Positions 1 through 20,939 are shown, numbered from the stretch's first letter. The stretch: 64,000 nucleotides of DNA from the human T2T-CHM13v2.0 reference genome, Homo sapiens (GCF_009914755.1 NC_060934.1); one strand, 5' to 3'. Numbers and translations: made by a program. The notes: generated by a model from the letters alone, not told the origin.

Positions 1-1
1 A

Positions 2-217
<216 letters not shown>

Positions 218-611
218 TAGTCAGGAAGTTGAGGCTCAGAGAGATTAAGTAACTTGCCCAAGGTCACACCTCGAGCAGTGAATTCAGGATCCAACTCAGG
301 TCTGTGTGACTCCCCCAACTATGCCACCCTCCCTGCCGAGGTAAATAGACATATGGGGAGAGTCCACGTCAACAGGGCAATGGCTGATGAGGCACTAGAG
401 ACTCAGATAGGGCTGACAGGGAACAGCCTCCTGGAGGAGGAAGAGCCGCCCTGCCTTCTGCATCTAAATGCATGGTGCCTCAGAAGCAGAAAGCAGAAGC
501 CAGTACTCAGGGCAAGCTCCCCAGTGCCACTCAGCTAGCCAAGTCTGGGCTGCACTGGGCTGAGTGGTGGCTGTCCCCTTGCCCCATTTTCTAGGGAGCT
601 AGTAGTCTCAC

Positions 612-728
612 CTTGGGCTTGGGATGCACCGTGAAGCTCAGCAGCCCATGGTACACCTGAAGGGTCACGGGGTAGCCCCAGGCCTCCAGGTCTTGCTTCC
701 GCAGAAGGGTGGCCAGGCAGGAAAGGAC
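612..728 (-). CDS. RRP12: RRP12 coding exon 6
   Basis: [39 protein letters not shown], 117 nt, AG and GTGAGA boundaries. Confidence 0.94.
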
Positions 729-927
729 CTGGAAGAAAGTCAGAGTCCCTCAGTGCCACCAGCCTCGGCCAGGAGGGAAAAGAGCCCAGGTTCTCACTGA
801 CTCCAGAAAATCGCATCTGTCTGAGGTCCCCAGGGTGCCTAAACCCCTCTCAGGGAACATCTAAGCATCACCAAATCAGACAGGCTCTGGGAGTCGCCAG
901 ATGAGAAACTAAACCCCAGACACTAAC

Positions 928-1033
928 CCATCGGAGGACAGAGGTGGAGCCGCTGCTGGCCTGAGCTGACATGATATCCATGAAGGCTTTGGAGGTATCA
1001 GAGAACTTCTTAATAAGCACAGGGCTGGGAACA
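928..1033 (-). CDS. RRP12: RRP12 coding exon 5
   Basis: [35 protein letters not shown], 106 nt, AG and GTTAGT boundaries. Confidence 0.95.
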
Positions 1034-1599
1034 CTGTGGGAAAGAACAGAGATGGTCACCCCAGAGGGTCCCTGAAGAGCAGCTGGTGCAGCCCCTCGTG
1101 GTACTAAGGAGGACAGGGCAAGGGGCGCTGGTGGCACAGTCACTCAGAAAGTGAGCAACAAAGTCAGAATAGGCACCCACCTTATCAGCCAGCTCAGTGT
1201 GCTTTCCACCCGGGATCCCTGCCTCTCTCACCTTCCCACTACCCACTCCTAAACTCAGGACACCAATCCTCTCTCCACCTCCCCTGGCAGTTCACATCTC
1301 CAGAAAGCCTGGGGCCAACTACTCCTTCCCTCCCTTCTGCCACTCACTGCTCCAGGAATGCCCCTTCTGGGGGCCAACACTCACACTCCCTGGTATAATG
1401 ACCCAGTCACCCAGGACCTTATGTTGTAGAATGCCACCTGATATACAAGTATCTTTTAAATTGTATTTTAAAATTTCTGGCCAGGCATGGTGGCTCACGC
1501 CTGTAATCCCAGCACTATGGGAGGCCAAGGTGGGCAGATAACCTGAGGTCGGGAGTTTGAGACCAGCCTGACAAACATGGAGAAACCCTGTATCTACTA

Positions 1600-1758
<159 letters not shown>

Positions 1759-1790
1759 TCAAAAATAAATAAATAAATAAATAAATTTCT

Positions 1791-2715
<925 letters not shown>

Positions 2716-2836
2716 TAGTAGAGATCGGGTTTCACCATGTTGGCCAGGCTGGTCTCCAACTCCTGGCCGCAAGCAATCCTCCTGCCTCAGCCTCCAAAAG
2801 TGCTGGGATTACAGGTATGAGCCACTGCGTCCAGCC

Positions 2837-3766
2837 ATGACTTTTAATTTTTATTACTCAAAACAAATTTCATTTTCTTTCTATTTTTTTTTTTTTGAGA
2901 CGGAGTCTTGCACTGTTGACAGGGCTGTAAGTGCAATGGCATGATCTCAGCTCACTGCTACCTCTGCCTACTGGGTTCAAGCAATTCTCCTGCCTCAGCC
3001 TCCCGAGTAGCTGAATTACAGGCACCTGCCACCATGCCCAGCTAATTTTTGTGTTTTTAGTAGGGACGGGGTTTCACCATGTTGGCCAGTTTGGTCTCGA
3101 ACTCCTGACCTCAGGTGATCTGCCCACCTCAGCCTCCCAAAGTGCTGGGATTACAGGCGATCTGCCCACCTCAGCCTCCCAAAGTGCTGGGATTACAGGC
3201 GTGAGCCACAGCATGTAGCCTACCCAGCTAATTTTTATATTTTTAGTAGAGGCGGGGTTTCACCATGTTGGCCAGGATGGTCTCGATCTCCTGACCTCTT
3301 GATCTGCCTGCCTCGGCCACCCAAAGTGCTGGGATTATAGGTGTGAACCACCGCACCAGGCCAAAAAAGTTTCATTTTCAATAGAGCTTTCTGACTCTGC
3401 TTTTGCCTTCAACACTTTCACAATGATTTTCTGCTCCTCAATAAGGAAAGCACACTTGATTCTGTCATGAACACACTGAGCACACATGGAACCAGGGAAG
3501 CACTGCAGGCCCTATAGACATGCCTTTTGTTTTGGACTATCAAATAACAACTTTAGATCTCACAGCACGAGCTCCTGAATGTCTGCCTGGACACACACCA
3601 CGTGAAGATTTTGGTGCTTTCCCAACCTTCTTGGCATAAAGGTAAATGATTCTATTACCAGGGGTTCAGGACAGCCTAGTTTAGTTAGAGTTTCTCACTA
3701 GAGGCCTACGACGGTATGTCACATGCTGGCCCATTCTGCATGCCTCTAGACAATGTTCATGAAGAG
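2837..3766 (-). pseudogene. RPL34 processed pseudogene in RRP12 intron 4, 3'UTR interrupted by an Alu
   Basis: Intronless. Translates [28 protein letters not shown]...[22 protein letters not shown], matching RPL34 from recall. ATG at 3734, early TAA and TGA stops, 5' end CTCTTC, 3'UTR AATAAA at 2855-2850. Confidence 0.9.
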
Positions 3767-3871
3767 CAAGTATCTTTTTAAATAACAATTCCCTGATCCT
3801 GTTTCTCCTGTCCACATTCCCTTCTCCCCTCCACAAAAAGCCTTGGGGTTCAAACAGGAGGCAGAACTCAC

Positions 3872-3948
3872 CGCTTCAGGACAAGGTTCAGCAGGTAAGC
3901 AACGGCGGCCAGGGACTCCGGGGACTCCACTGCTTCCATTGTTGTCAT
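3872..3948 (-). CDS. RRP12: RRP12 coding exon 4
   Basis: [25 protein letters not shown](R), 77 nt, AG and GTGAGT boundaries. Confidence 0.95.
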
Positions 3949-4311
3949 CTGAGGGCCAGATTGAGGGGGTTTGAATGGATAAAAACTTACACTGAGCAAA
4001 CAGGAAAGAGAGTGGGGGAACATGTGCCCAGCAGAACAGTTGTGACTGAGAACCACGGTATCAGAGGTTCAGATCCTGACTCTGGCATTGTGTGGTTTTG
4101 GGCTAGTAATTTAACCTATCTGTGACTCAGTTTCTTCATTTGTAAAGTAGGGATACTAATGCTACATACCTTATACGTTGTTGTGAGGTTTAATTGAATT
4201 AATATATATAAAATACTGCCTGACACATAATTAAAACTATATATATGTGGCTGGGCGTGGTGGCTCACGCCTGTAATCCCAGCACTTTGGGAGGCCGAGG
4301 AGGGCAGATCA

Positions 4312-5031
<720 letters not shown>

Positions 5032-5520
5032 TAAAAATGTAATAACCAGGCTGGGCATGGTGGCTCATGCCTGTAATCCCAGCACTTTGGGAGGCCAAAG
5101 TGGGAGAACTGATTCAGCTCAGGAGCTCAAGACAAGCTTGGGCGACATGACGAAACTCTGTCTCTACTAAAAATACAAAAATTAGCTGGGCATGGTGGCA
5201 GGCGCCTGTAATTCCAACTACTCAGGAGGCTAAGGCACGATCATCACTTGAACACAGGAGGTGGAGGTTGCAGTGAGCCATGATCACACCACTGCACTCC
5301 AGCCTGGGCAACAAAGTGAGACCCTGTCTCCAAAACAAAACAAACAACAACAAAAAAACCCAAAAACAAAATAAAAAGTATATATATACACATATACACA
5401 CACACACACACATACATACATACACAAATATATTTATTTATTTAATGTAATAAGTAGGCCAGCCATGGTGGCTCACACCTGTAATCCCAGCACTTTGGGA
5501 GGCTGAGGTAGGGGGGATCA

Positions 5521-5772
<252 letters not shown>

Positions 5773-5875
5773 TCAGGCCTATAATCCCAGCACTTTGGGA
5801 GGCTGAGGCAGGCAGATCACGAGGTCAGGAGTTCGAGACAAGTCTGGCCAACATAGTAAAACCTCTTCTCTACTA

Positions 5876-6082
<207 letters not shown>

Positions 6083-6405
6083 TCATGCCTGTAATCCCAA
6101 CAATTTGGGAGGCCACCGCAAGATGACAAGACGGTTTGAGCCCAGGAATTTGAAACCAGCCTGGACAACATAGTGAGACCCTGTCTCTTTAAAAAAAAGA
6201 AACAAAGAAAGAAAGAAAAGAAAAGAGAAAATTAAAAGGTAGCAAATACCACCAGCCTTCCTAAGCCACCTGAGAATAACTGAAGCACTTTCACCTGGTC
6301 AAGGTTGTCCTTCTCTACCCCCACATGCCAGGGGCACTCATCTTCTCGCTAAATCTTGCATAACCTGCTGCTCTGAACACCCACCCTCCAGTGGCACCCA
6401 CTCAC

Positions 6406-6489
6406 CAGAGCAGCGAAGTACTCAGTCTCCGTCTCCTTCCCTCCCTGGGAGCGAATCACCTCAGTGACAGCAGCCAGAACAGCACAGAT
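6406..6489 (-). CDS. RRP12: RRP12 coding exon 3
   Basis: [28 protein letters not shown], 84 nt, AG and GTGAGT boundaries. Confidence 0.95.
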
Positions 6490-6831
6490 CTGCACAGGAG
6501 GGAGAAAGCACTGTGACTATTTTAGACCTAACCCCACCCCAGGGGAACCTCCTTTCCTTGCTCCTTCACAGATTAATCTCTGGTTAAAGCCCAGAGACAG
6601 ACAAGACAGGCAACATTCAGGGCCTAGGTCCATACCAGGGGGCCCAGCAAATAACAAGACTCAGAAAATGCTTGCTAAAATTCCACCATGAGGTACTAAC
6701 CTTCTAGAAATACCTGCATGAGATGAGTGTGCAAATATTTATGTACAAGGATGTTCATGGCAGCAACAAATTGGAATGGTCAAGAAGCCATCAACAGGAG
6801 ATTAATAATGTACTGTAGTTGTCTCTAATGT

Positions 6832-7736
6832 ACTGCAGTTATCGAGGGGGGGATTGGTTCCAGGACCCCTAAAGATACCAAAATCCGAGGATGCTCAGGT
6901 CCCTTATAAAAAATGGTGTAGTATTTGTGTATAACCTATATACATCTTCCCATATACTTTATTTATTTTTTTTGAGATAGAGTCTCACTGTTAGCTAGGC
7001 AAGAGTGCAGTGGCATGATCTCAGCTCACTGCAACCTCTGCCTCTGGGTTCAAGCAATTCTCCTGCCTCAGCCTCCCAAGTAGCTGGGATTACAGGTGTG
7101 CACCACCATGCCCAGCTAATTTCTGTATTTTTAGTAGAGATGGGGTTTTACCATGTTGACCAAGCTGGTTTTGAACTCCTGGCCTCAAGTGATCTGCCCT
7201 CCTTAGCCTCCCAAAGTGCTGAGATTACAGGCATAAGCCACCATGCCTGGCCTCCCATATACTTTAAATCATCTCTAGATTACTGGTAACACCTAACACA
7301 ATGTAAATGCTATATAAATAGTTGTTATACTGTATTTTTGTTGTTGTTGTTGTTGTTGTTGTTTTTGAGACAGAGTCTCACTCTGTCACCCAGGGTGGAA
7401 TGCAGTGGCGCACTCTCTGCTAACCGCAGCTTCCACCTCCCGGGTTCAAGCGATTCTCCTGCCTCAGCCTCCTGAGTAGCTGGGATTACAGGCATGTGCC
7501 ACTACGCTAGGCTAATTTTTTGTACTTTTAGTAGGGATGGAGTTTCACCATGCTGGCCAGGTTGGTTTTGAACTTCTGACCTCAAGTGATCTGCCCGCCT
7601 CGGCCTCCCAAAGTGCTAGGATTACAGGCGTGAGCCACCTCGCCTGGTATATTATTATTATTTTAAAAAGATTTTTCAATCCATGCTTGGTTGAATCTGC
7701 AGGTGCAGAACCCGCAAATATAGAGACCTGACTGTA
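6832..7736. mobile_element. MER2-type (Tigger) DNA transposon fossil with two nested Alus
   Basis: ggattggttccaggaccc...gataccaaaatcc...ttggttgaatc...gactgta, resembling the MER2 consensus. Confidence 0.75.
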
Positions 7737-8168
7737 TCATTATATAATAATGAAAAATTTAAATAGTGCATTATTCAAAAGAATGAGAACAACTATATAT
7801 TAACTTATAAATATCGTTCAGTAGGGAAAAAGTTGCAGAACAGTGGATAAAAAATAAACTAATCAAGCAGGGCACAATGGCTCACACCAGTAATCCCAAC
7901 ACTTTGGGAGGCTCAGGTGGGCAGATCCCTTGAGCCCAGGAGTTCAAGACCAATCTGGGCAATATGGCAAACCCCATCTCTACAAAAAATACAAAAATTA
8001 GCTTGGTATGGTAGCACTCCCCTGTAGTCCCAGCTACTTGGGAATTGGAAGGCTGATCAGCCACTGCACTCTAACCTGGGTGACAAAGTGAGACTCTGTC
8101 TGAAAAAAAAGAAAAGAAAAGAAAAGAAACTAATCACATTTTGGTAAACCTAAATAACAAAATTGGGT

Positions 8169-8181
8169 AAAAAAAAATACG

Positions 8182-8212
<31 letters not shown>

Positions 8213-8229
8213 GTATATATATATACGTA

Positions 8230-8238
<9 letters not shown>
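8169..8238. repeat. Interrupted (TA)n tract forming a near-perfect palindrome
   Basis: A9-TACG-(TA)7-C-(AT)8-G-(TA)6-CGTA-T9. Confidence 0.85.
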
Positions 8239-8532
<294 letters not shown>

Positions 8533-9291
8533 TTTTTTTTTTTTTTTTTTGAGACAGAGTCTCGTTCTGTCACCCAGGCTGAAGCGCAGTGGTGCGATCT
8601 TGGGTCGCTGCAACCTCTGCCTCCAGGGTTCAAGTGATTCTCGTGCCTCAGCTTCCCAAGTAGCTGGGATTACAGGCGCATGCCACCATGCCAGGCTAAT
8701 TTTTTAGTAGAGATGGGTTTTCACCATGTTGGCCAGGCTGGTCTCAAACTCTTGACCTCAAATGATCTGCCCACCTCGGCCTCCCAAAGTGCTAGGATTA
8801 CAGGTGTAAGCCACTATGTCCAGCCTGAAAATTTAGTTTTTAAATTTCAACTACTCATAATTTAAAATATTTGATCTATTTACTAGAAAACATATATTTG
8901 TAACAACCTGGCAAATAGGTTCGTAGTAATTCATAGTAGGCAAATCTACTTGTACAACCATAAATGTTATGAACTCTAAATAGACACAAATCAAGTATTT
9001 CCAATGAAAATTTAGCATCTAAGTAGGGGTATATGGGTAAATTATACACTAGATTTTGAAGACTTGGTATCATAAAAATAATGCTGTAGTAAAATATACT
9101 GATTATACATTGAAGTGATAATATTTTAAAGATACTGAGTTAAATAAAGTACATTATTAAGATTAATTTGGGCCGGGCGCAGTGGCTCACACCTGTAATC
9201 CCAGCACTTTAGGAGGCCGAGGCGGGTGGATCACCTGAGGTCAGGAGTTTGAGACCAGCCTGACCAACATGGAGAAACCCTGTCTCTATTA

Positions 9292-9480
<189 letters not shown>

Positions 9481-9720
9481 TTACCTGTTTCTTTCAGTTT
9501 TTAATATGGCTACTAAACATTTTTAAATTACATATGTGGCTTGAATTTAGATTACTATTGGACAGAGCTGGTCCAGGAAGACAGACAATGACCCATTAAC
9601 AGGAGCTCTGTGAATGATTCAAGTTGGGGGATCTACCATCACATTATATTATTCTTATATCATTTTGATATCATTTAGAATTTTGACATTTTTTATTTCA
9701 ATAACAAAAAATATATATAA

Positions 9721-9816
<96 letters not shown>

Positions 9817-9900
9817 TGAGTTCAGGAGTTTGAGACCAGCCTGGCTAACATGGTGAAACCCCGTCTCTACTAAAAATACACACACACAAAAAATTAGCTA

Positions 9901-10122
<222 letters not shown>

Positions 10123-10483
10123 TTAAAGTAAATAAATTTAGTTCTTGCTAGATAAAACGTTTCCTAATCACTGTTACTCAGCATTTATTTACTCAACATA
10201 TGTTTATTGAAAATACTCTGTGTAAAAGTGCTGTGTTAGGTATAGCTGAGGAGAGAAATGTTTGGAAAATATTTCTACCCTCAAGTACTTAAGCAGAGGA
10301 GATGTTCTTATAAAAAGCAGAAAGTAGAACCTGCCCTAGGAGGAGACATAAAGGGGAGGAGCGATGACGCATCATCCAGAAATACCAGCTGTTGTCATCG
10401 GAGACCTGTCGGCCAGAGCTGAAGAAAAGGCATGAGTTGGCCTCTCCTCACTATCCTATGGCCCTCCCGACCCTCGCCCCTAC

Positions 10484-10713
10484 CTCCTTGTGGGCAGCCG
10501 AGTTGGACTCCCAGAAGCGCTGTACTTTGCTGAAGGTGACGTTTGTGCAGTCGGAAAGGCCACTCAGGAAGGTACCCGAGGACTTCTCGGTGAGAACCAG
10601 CTCCGCCTCTTCTTCCATGGGCGTCTCCGGGGCTTCGCTTTTGCCCAAGCGCAAGGACCCTGACTGCAGCTCATTATGTAACTTCACAGCATCGACTGTC
10701 AGGTCACTCCTTC
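10484..10713 (-). CDS. RRP12: RRP12 coding exon 2
   Basis: ctctcAG acceptor; [15 protein letters not shown]...SAAHKE; donor GTAGGG; 230 nt restores phase 0. Confidence 0.96.
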
Positions 10714-11199
10714 CTGAGAGCCAGAGGCACAAGATAAGGTCCAAGCCTCCTTTTGGTCAAGAGAACAGAACAACCCCTGGGAAACAAACCAGCCCAGGCC
10801 AAATCTCCAACCCGAGAGGCTGAATTCTGAACACAGCCAGTCTCATAAAACCACTGTATGCCTAAAAACTTGAAAAACCAAGGAGAAAGGGAATCCTCCA
10901 TGTAAAAGTTTCTGCTTCCCTGTAGCAGCGGCATAAACGCCACTGGGAATCGGCTGGGAGCTACATTCAGAGGGCCTGCAAAATAAATGAAGGTGAACGC
11001 GCTCTGTAAAGAGCTACCCAAGGTCCAAGCCATCTGTCTCAACTCTGACACCCGCGGTACCTTACACAAGACATTTCCCTACTGCGGACCTCAGTTTCTG
11101 TATCTGCTAAATTGGAAGGACTGCCCTTCAGAGAGGGCTCCAGATCCGACATCCTAAGAGACGAAAGGTCCAATGCCTGGCCCCGCACTCTCCCAGAGG

Positions 11200-11620
11200 C
11201 CCCAGACTCATCTGGACCCAGGTCTGCCTGGAACCCCGCCCCCGGCTGCGCTCGGGTCTCAACCCAGCTACCTGACGGCCGGCTGAAGAAGCGGCTGCGG
11301 GCGGCCTGACGGTGGCGGCAGATGGCGGGGTTGCTGTCGCTGCTGTGGCCTTTCTTCCAGCGCTTCAACTTAGCTGAGACACCAGAGGGCAACTTTCCCG
11401 AGCGACCCATGTTGACTAAGCCGTGGCGAGGAATGAGCTTAAATGACCGGCTTCCAGGGACGTAGAAACACGCTCAGAACCCACGTGGATACCCTGTAGC
11501 CTTCACTTCCTCTTCTTCTGGCGTCACTTCCGGATTCGTGTGCATTACTATGGTAAAACAGTCAACATCCGGTTTTACACCTCCTCCTGGCTTCGGATGG
11601 GGAGGAGCTCCAAGGAGATC
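11200..11620 (-). promoter_or_regulatory. RRP12 CpG-rich promoter with ETS and ETS-CRE motifs
   Basis: CCGGAAGTGACGC (minus) at 11521-11533; further ETS cores at 11504-11511 and 11565-11572. Confidence 0.8.
11272..11410 (-). CDS. RRP12: RRP12 coding exon 1
   Basis: ATG at 11410-11408; MGRSGKL...FFSRPS(G); donor GTAGCT at 11271; 139 nt. Confidence 0.96.
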
Positions 11621-12199
11621 CGTTGCTAGGGAGGAAGTTAGGTTGCTAAGGGTTCTATGGGGTTCTTACTCCAGCCAGGACCAGGTTTCAGGGCCACAGG
11701 CGTAAGCCTTATAAAACTGGAGTTTGGCTGAGCGTGGTGGCTCATGCCTGTAATCCCAATACTTTGGGAGGCTGAGGCGGGTGGATCATTTGAGGTCAGG
11801 AGTTTGAGACCAGCCTGATCACCAGGGTGAAACCCCGTCTCTACTAAAATAAAAAAATTAGCTGGGCTTGGTGGCGCGCGCCTGTAATCCCAACTACTCG
11901 GGAGGATGAGGCACAAGAATCACTTGAACTCGGGAGGCGGAGTTTGCAGTAAGCCGAGATCACGCCTCGGCACTCCAGCCTGGACAACAGAGTAAGACTG
12001 TCTCAAAAAAACAAAACAAAGCAAACAAAAAACTGGAGTTCTTTTGCAGTTAAACAACAACAAAAAGTACATTTATATTACATTTGAAAATCTATTTTCA
12101 AAATTAAGCATAGAAACACATTTATATGAAAGTCATATACCTTCATATAAAAGTATATATGTAATCCCAGCACTCTGGGAGGCCGAGGCGGGCAGATCA

Positions 12200-12481
<282 letters not shown>

Positions 12482-12573
12482 TTAGCTTGACTTGAAAAGA
12501 GAAAAAAGCAGTCAGTGGTGTTCTAGACAAGCTTTGCTATTTTCATTTATTACTGGAGATACTCAGTTGCTAA

Positions 12574-12966
<393 letters not shown>

Positions 12967-13129
12967 TAATTCCACCTCAGAACCAGCAACCGATCCAGTT
13001 TATCCCCACTCCCCTGAGACCCTCCTTAAAATCCTTCAACCAGATCCCAAACCTTACAAAAGACACATTTCTCTTCCCTCTTGCCCAGCAGCTTTATTCT
13101 AAACCTTTAGCAGCATTCTTTGGAAGAAG

Positions 13130-15150
<2,021 letters not shown>

Positions 15151-15607
15151 TTTAATTATTTATTTATTTATTTTGAGACAGAGTCTTCCTCTGTCACTCA
15201 GGTTGAAATGCAGTGGCACAATCATGGCTCACTGCAGCCTTGACCTCCAGGCTCAAGCAATCCTCCCACTTCTGCCTCCCGAGTAGCTGGAACCACAGGC
15301 ATGCATTGCCATGCCTGGCTAATTTTTTTTTTTTTTTAAAGCTAGGGCCTCACTCTGTCACCCAGGCTGGAGTCCAGTGGCATGATCATGGCTCACTATA
15401 ACCTTAAACTCCTGAATTCAAGTCATCCTCCTGCTTTGGCCTCCCAAATAGCTGGGGCTACAGACACATACCCACCACACCAAGCTAATTTTTTTTTTAA
15501 GAGACAGAGTCTTGGCCAGGCGCGGTGGCTCACGCCTGTAATCTCAGCACTCTGGGAGGCCGAGGCGGGCAGATCACAAGGTCAGGAGATCGAGACCATC
15601 CTGGCTA

Positions 15608-15986
<379 letters not shown>

Positions 15987-16733
15987 TTACGCCTGTAATG
16001 CCAACACTCTGGGTGGCTGAGGCAGGCAGATAACTTGAGCCCAGGAGTTCGAGACCAGCCTGAGCAATATGGTGAAACCCCGTCTCTACAAAAAATATGA
16101 CAATTAGCCAGGCATGATGGCAGACACCTGTAGTCCCAGCTACTCGGAGGCTGAGGTGGGAGGATCGCTTGAACCCGGGAGGCGGAGGTTGCAGTGACTC
16201 GAGATTAAGCCACTGCACTCTAGCCTGGGTGACAGAGTGAGACTCTGTCTCAAAAAACAACAAAAAAAAGTGGTCCTCTCACCTAGAGCAGAGAGAGCAT
16301 AAAGTGTGTTAATGTGAGAAAGCGTCGCTGCAGAGAAGACTGAAGTCAGTTCAGACTCTAGGCCCCAGCCCTTCCAAGTCTCTGAAGACATTATCATCCT
16401 CCAGTGGGGCCCTGTGCCTGGGTCACAGGCTGAGACCTCAGTGGGAAGGCTGAGAAAAGGGAACTGGTGGCTGGGGGAGGAAAAGGAAGCAGAATGTGGA
16501 AACTGTTATAAGCGAGCTGTGCTCACAACCAGAGGTCTAGACTTGGGGTAATTGCTGAAAGAAGGCAGGTAAAGTGGTGGGTTCAAGACAGGACATACTT
16601 TACCTATAAACCAAGCAAGGGATTTAACCTCTCTAAGTCTCCGATTCTTGTTCTTTTTTTCCCTTTATTTATTTATTTATACATTTTTTTTACACATTCT
16701 AATGTGTCATATTATTTAAAGTTACGATAATAA

Positions 16734-17485
<752 letters not shown>

Positions 17486-18451
17486 TCAGTGGTGCATCTT
17501 TGCCACCAGAGGGAGTGCTACCAACAACCTGTTAGGGCTAAAACCCTATAGAGAGCCTGCAATACCAACTAGTAGACTGGGATTTTGCAAATCAGATGCG
17601 GAGATGCAGAGGCCAAGGGTAGTGGCAGATGTCCCATCCTTTTCCTGGGCTACAGAAACCTGCTGGCCTCCAAACCGAGTCTGCGTCGTAACTGAATACA
17701 GCCCTGGCTAAATCGTCAGCCTGGTATGGGCATTGAGGGGCCCTAGGTCACCTGCTGGCCGTCCATCCTGAGGCATCTGCTCAGAGCCTCCTCCAGGAGG
17801 CGTGCTCTACCAGAAGAGAGGACGATAGGCATCCAAATGGCCTGAGCACAATCTCTTTCACCCGGTACCCCAGGGCTCACCTCTCCACCCCTGAATTCCA
17901 GCAGTAACTCCCACCCAGAGGCTCTAGCTGTATCCATGATCAGCCCCTCCACATATGGTTAATAAGGACCACCACATCTGTAGGATAGGTCCTGCAGTTA
18001 GACTCTCTGGGTTGGAATTCAAGTACCACCACTTGCTCTGTGACCTTGAACAACTCACCTTACTCTTCCCTGAGCCTCAGTTTTCCACATCTGTAAAATG
18101 GAGATGATAAGAATGCCTACCTGTCTGATTTATGGGAACTAAATAAGATAATGAATTTTAAGTGCTGAGCACGCTGCCTGGTACACAGTGAGCATGCAAT
18201 AAATGTGAGCTATTATTATCATCTAAAAAAACTCTTCCTCAGTTCCAAAATACTTTTTCATTAATTCTCTAAGTGAGGAGGACAGAGCAGGTGTCCTCAT
18301 TTCACAGATGGGGAAACATAGTTCTAAGGGGTTCAGTGACACCCCCAAGGTCACACAGTGAGCAGAAGCCAGGAGATCCAACGCTTAGCCCAGGATGAAC
18401 CCCCTCCCCCCATAGCACTGCCCTTGTTTTTTTTGTTTTTTTCTGTTTTGA

Positions 18452-18742
<291 letters not shown>

Positions 18743-19515
18743 TAAAACTGTCTGCAAGGCTCCTGTGGAGGTAACAGAGCTGCCACACCCAAAGTTCTGT
18801 GGCCATGCGGAGCAGTAAAACCAGTTTTAGGTCAGCAAGTTGTAATCTGTTATGACACTGGGCAGGAAGAAAGGGAAATTGAGGCTTAGCCTCTTGCCTC
18901 AAACAAAGAGGAAGCAGAGGTCTGGGTGTTTAACCTAGAGCTCAAGGTCAGGGCATTTTGACCAACCCGTTGTTGTTGCAGCTGCTCCGGACGGTTTTCC
19001 TAACTGCTGGAGCTGTGTTGAAGCCCAGGCTTTGGACTTAGGAAGCCTGGGTTTGGAGCCACATCCCAGCTGCGTGAGCCGGGGCAGGCGGCTGAGCTCT
19101 GTGAGCCACAGTCTTCTCATCTGAAAATGGGGCTGCTGTTATGAGGCTAAAATGAGATAATGCATGTGAAATCCTTAGCCCAGTGCCTGGCACAGCACTG
19201 CTGCAGGGGTCAAGTGTCCCTCAGCTCCTGGGGCATTACAATTCCATTTGATGCTGGGTGTGGTGGCTCACGCCTGTAATCCCAACACTTTGGGAGGCCA
19301 AAGTGGGAGGATCGCTTGAGCCCAGAAGTTCAAGACCAGCCTGTGCATCATGGAGAAACCCCAACTCTACAAAAAACACAAAAATAGCCAGGCATGGTGA
19401 TGTACGCCTACAGTCGCAGCTACTCGGGAGGCTGAGGTGCAGGAGGTCAAGTCCGCAGTGAGCCATGATTGTGCCACTGCACTCCAGCCTGGGTGACAGA
19501 GTGAGACCTTGTCTC

Positions 19516-19546
<31 letters not shown>

Positions 19547-19759
19547 AAAAGCCAAAAAGAGCTTGCTTTCTAGAATAACTCTTGGGGAAAGAGCCTGGTG
19601 TGCTGGAGAGGAAGCATGTCCCCTCCTAGGCTGAGGAAGACTGGAATCTGGGCATGGCAGGGGACTCTGCTCAATGGGGAGGACTGTTCTCTCTCCACTT
19701 ACCCCAAAATTAAACCGTTCCCCATTTACCACTTCAAATTCTTCATTCTTCTCAGGGCC

Positions 19760-20250
19760 TCTATATCAGTAAGGAATTGTGTTCAGTTGCTATAAGAGAC
19801 TGCTACAGTGGCTTAAACAGGCAAGGGTTAATTCTCTCACATTCAAGAAATGGAAATCAGGAGGTAATGGGCAGTCCAGGCTGCTATGGCAGTTCCACAG
19901 AATCTTCAGGATCCTGGGATCCCTCTCTTTTTCTGCTTCAACCTCCATAACGTATGACTTCCATTTTCACTGTCACCTTGTGCTCCACAGATGGGCTGCA
20001 GGAGCTCCAGCTGTCACACTCATGATCCAGGTGGAGGCCTAGTGTAGGAAGGAAAGGAGGAAGAGCCAAAAGGTGCACCTTCCAGCTAAGTCAGTTCCAC
20101 TTGATTGACTAGAATTTAGTAATTTGGCCAAATTTAGCTGCAGAAGGGGCTGGGAAATTTAGTCTTTTAGTTGGGTAAGTTGCAGCTCACCCCCTGTGCC
20201 TATTGAGAGAAAGGAAGAATTGATATTGGGGAGGCAACTAGCAGCCTCTG
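19760..20250. mobile_element. Ancient ERVL-type LTR (LTR33-like)
   Basis: cagtggcttaaaca...gggcagtccaggctgctatggcag...gggaggcaactagcagcctctg resembles LTR33; subfamily from recall. Confidence 0.55.
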
Positions 20251-20456
20251 GATCTCAGCTGGGTGTTAGGAGGACTGGTTCTAATTAATTTAACCCAGTT
20301 ACATACTCAAAAGTTATTTCTTGATCACCTATTATGTGCAAGGTACTATGCTAAGCACACATATGAAAGTATTTAAAGAAGCTTATGGGCCGGGCACCTG
20401 ACCAGCCTGACCAACATGGTGAAACCCCATCTCCACTAAAAATACAAAATAAGCTA

Positions 20457-20939
<483 letters not shown>

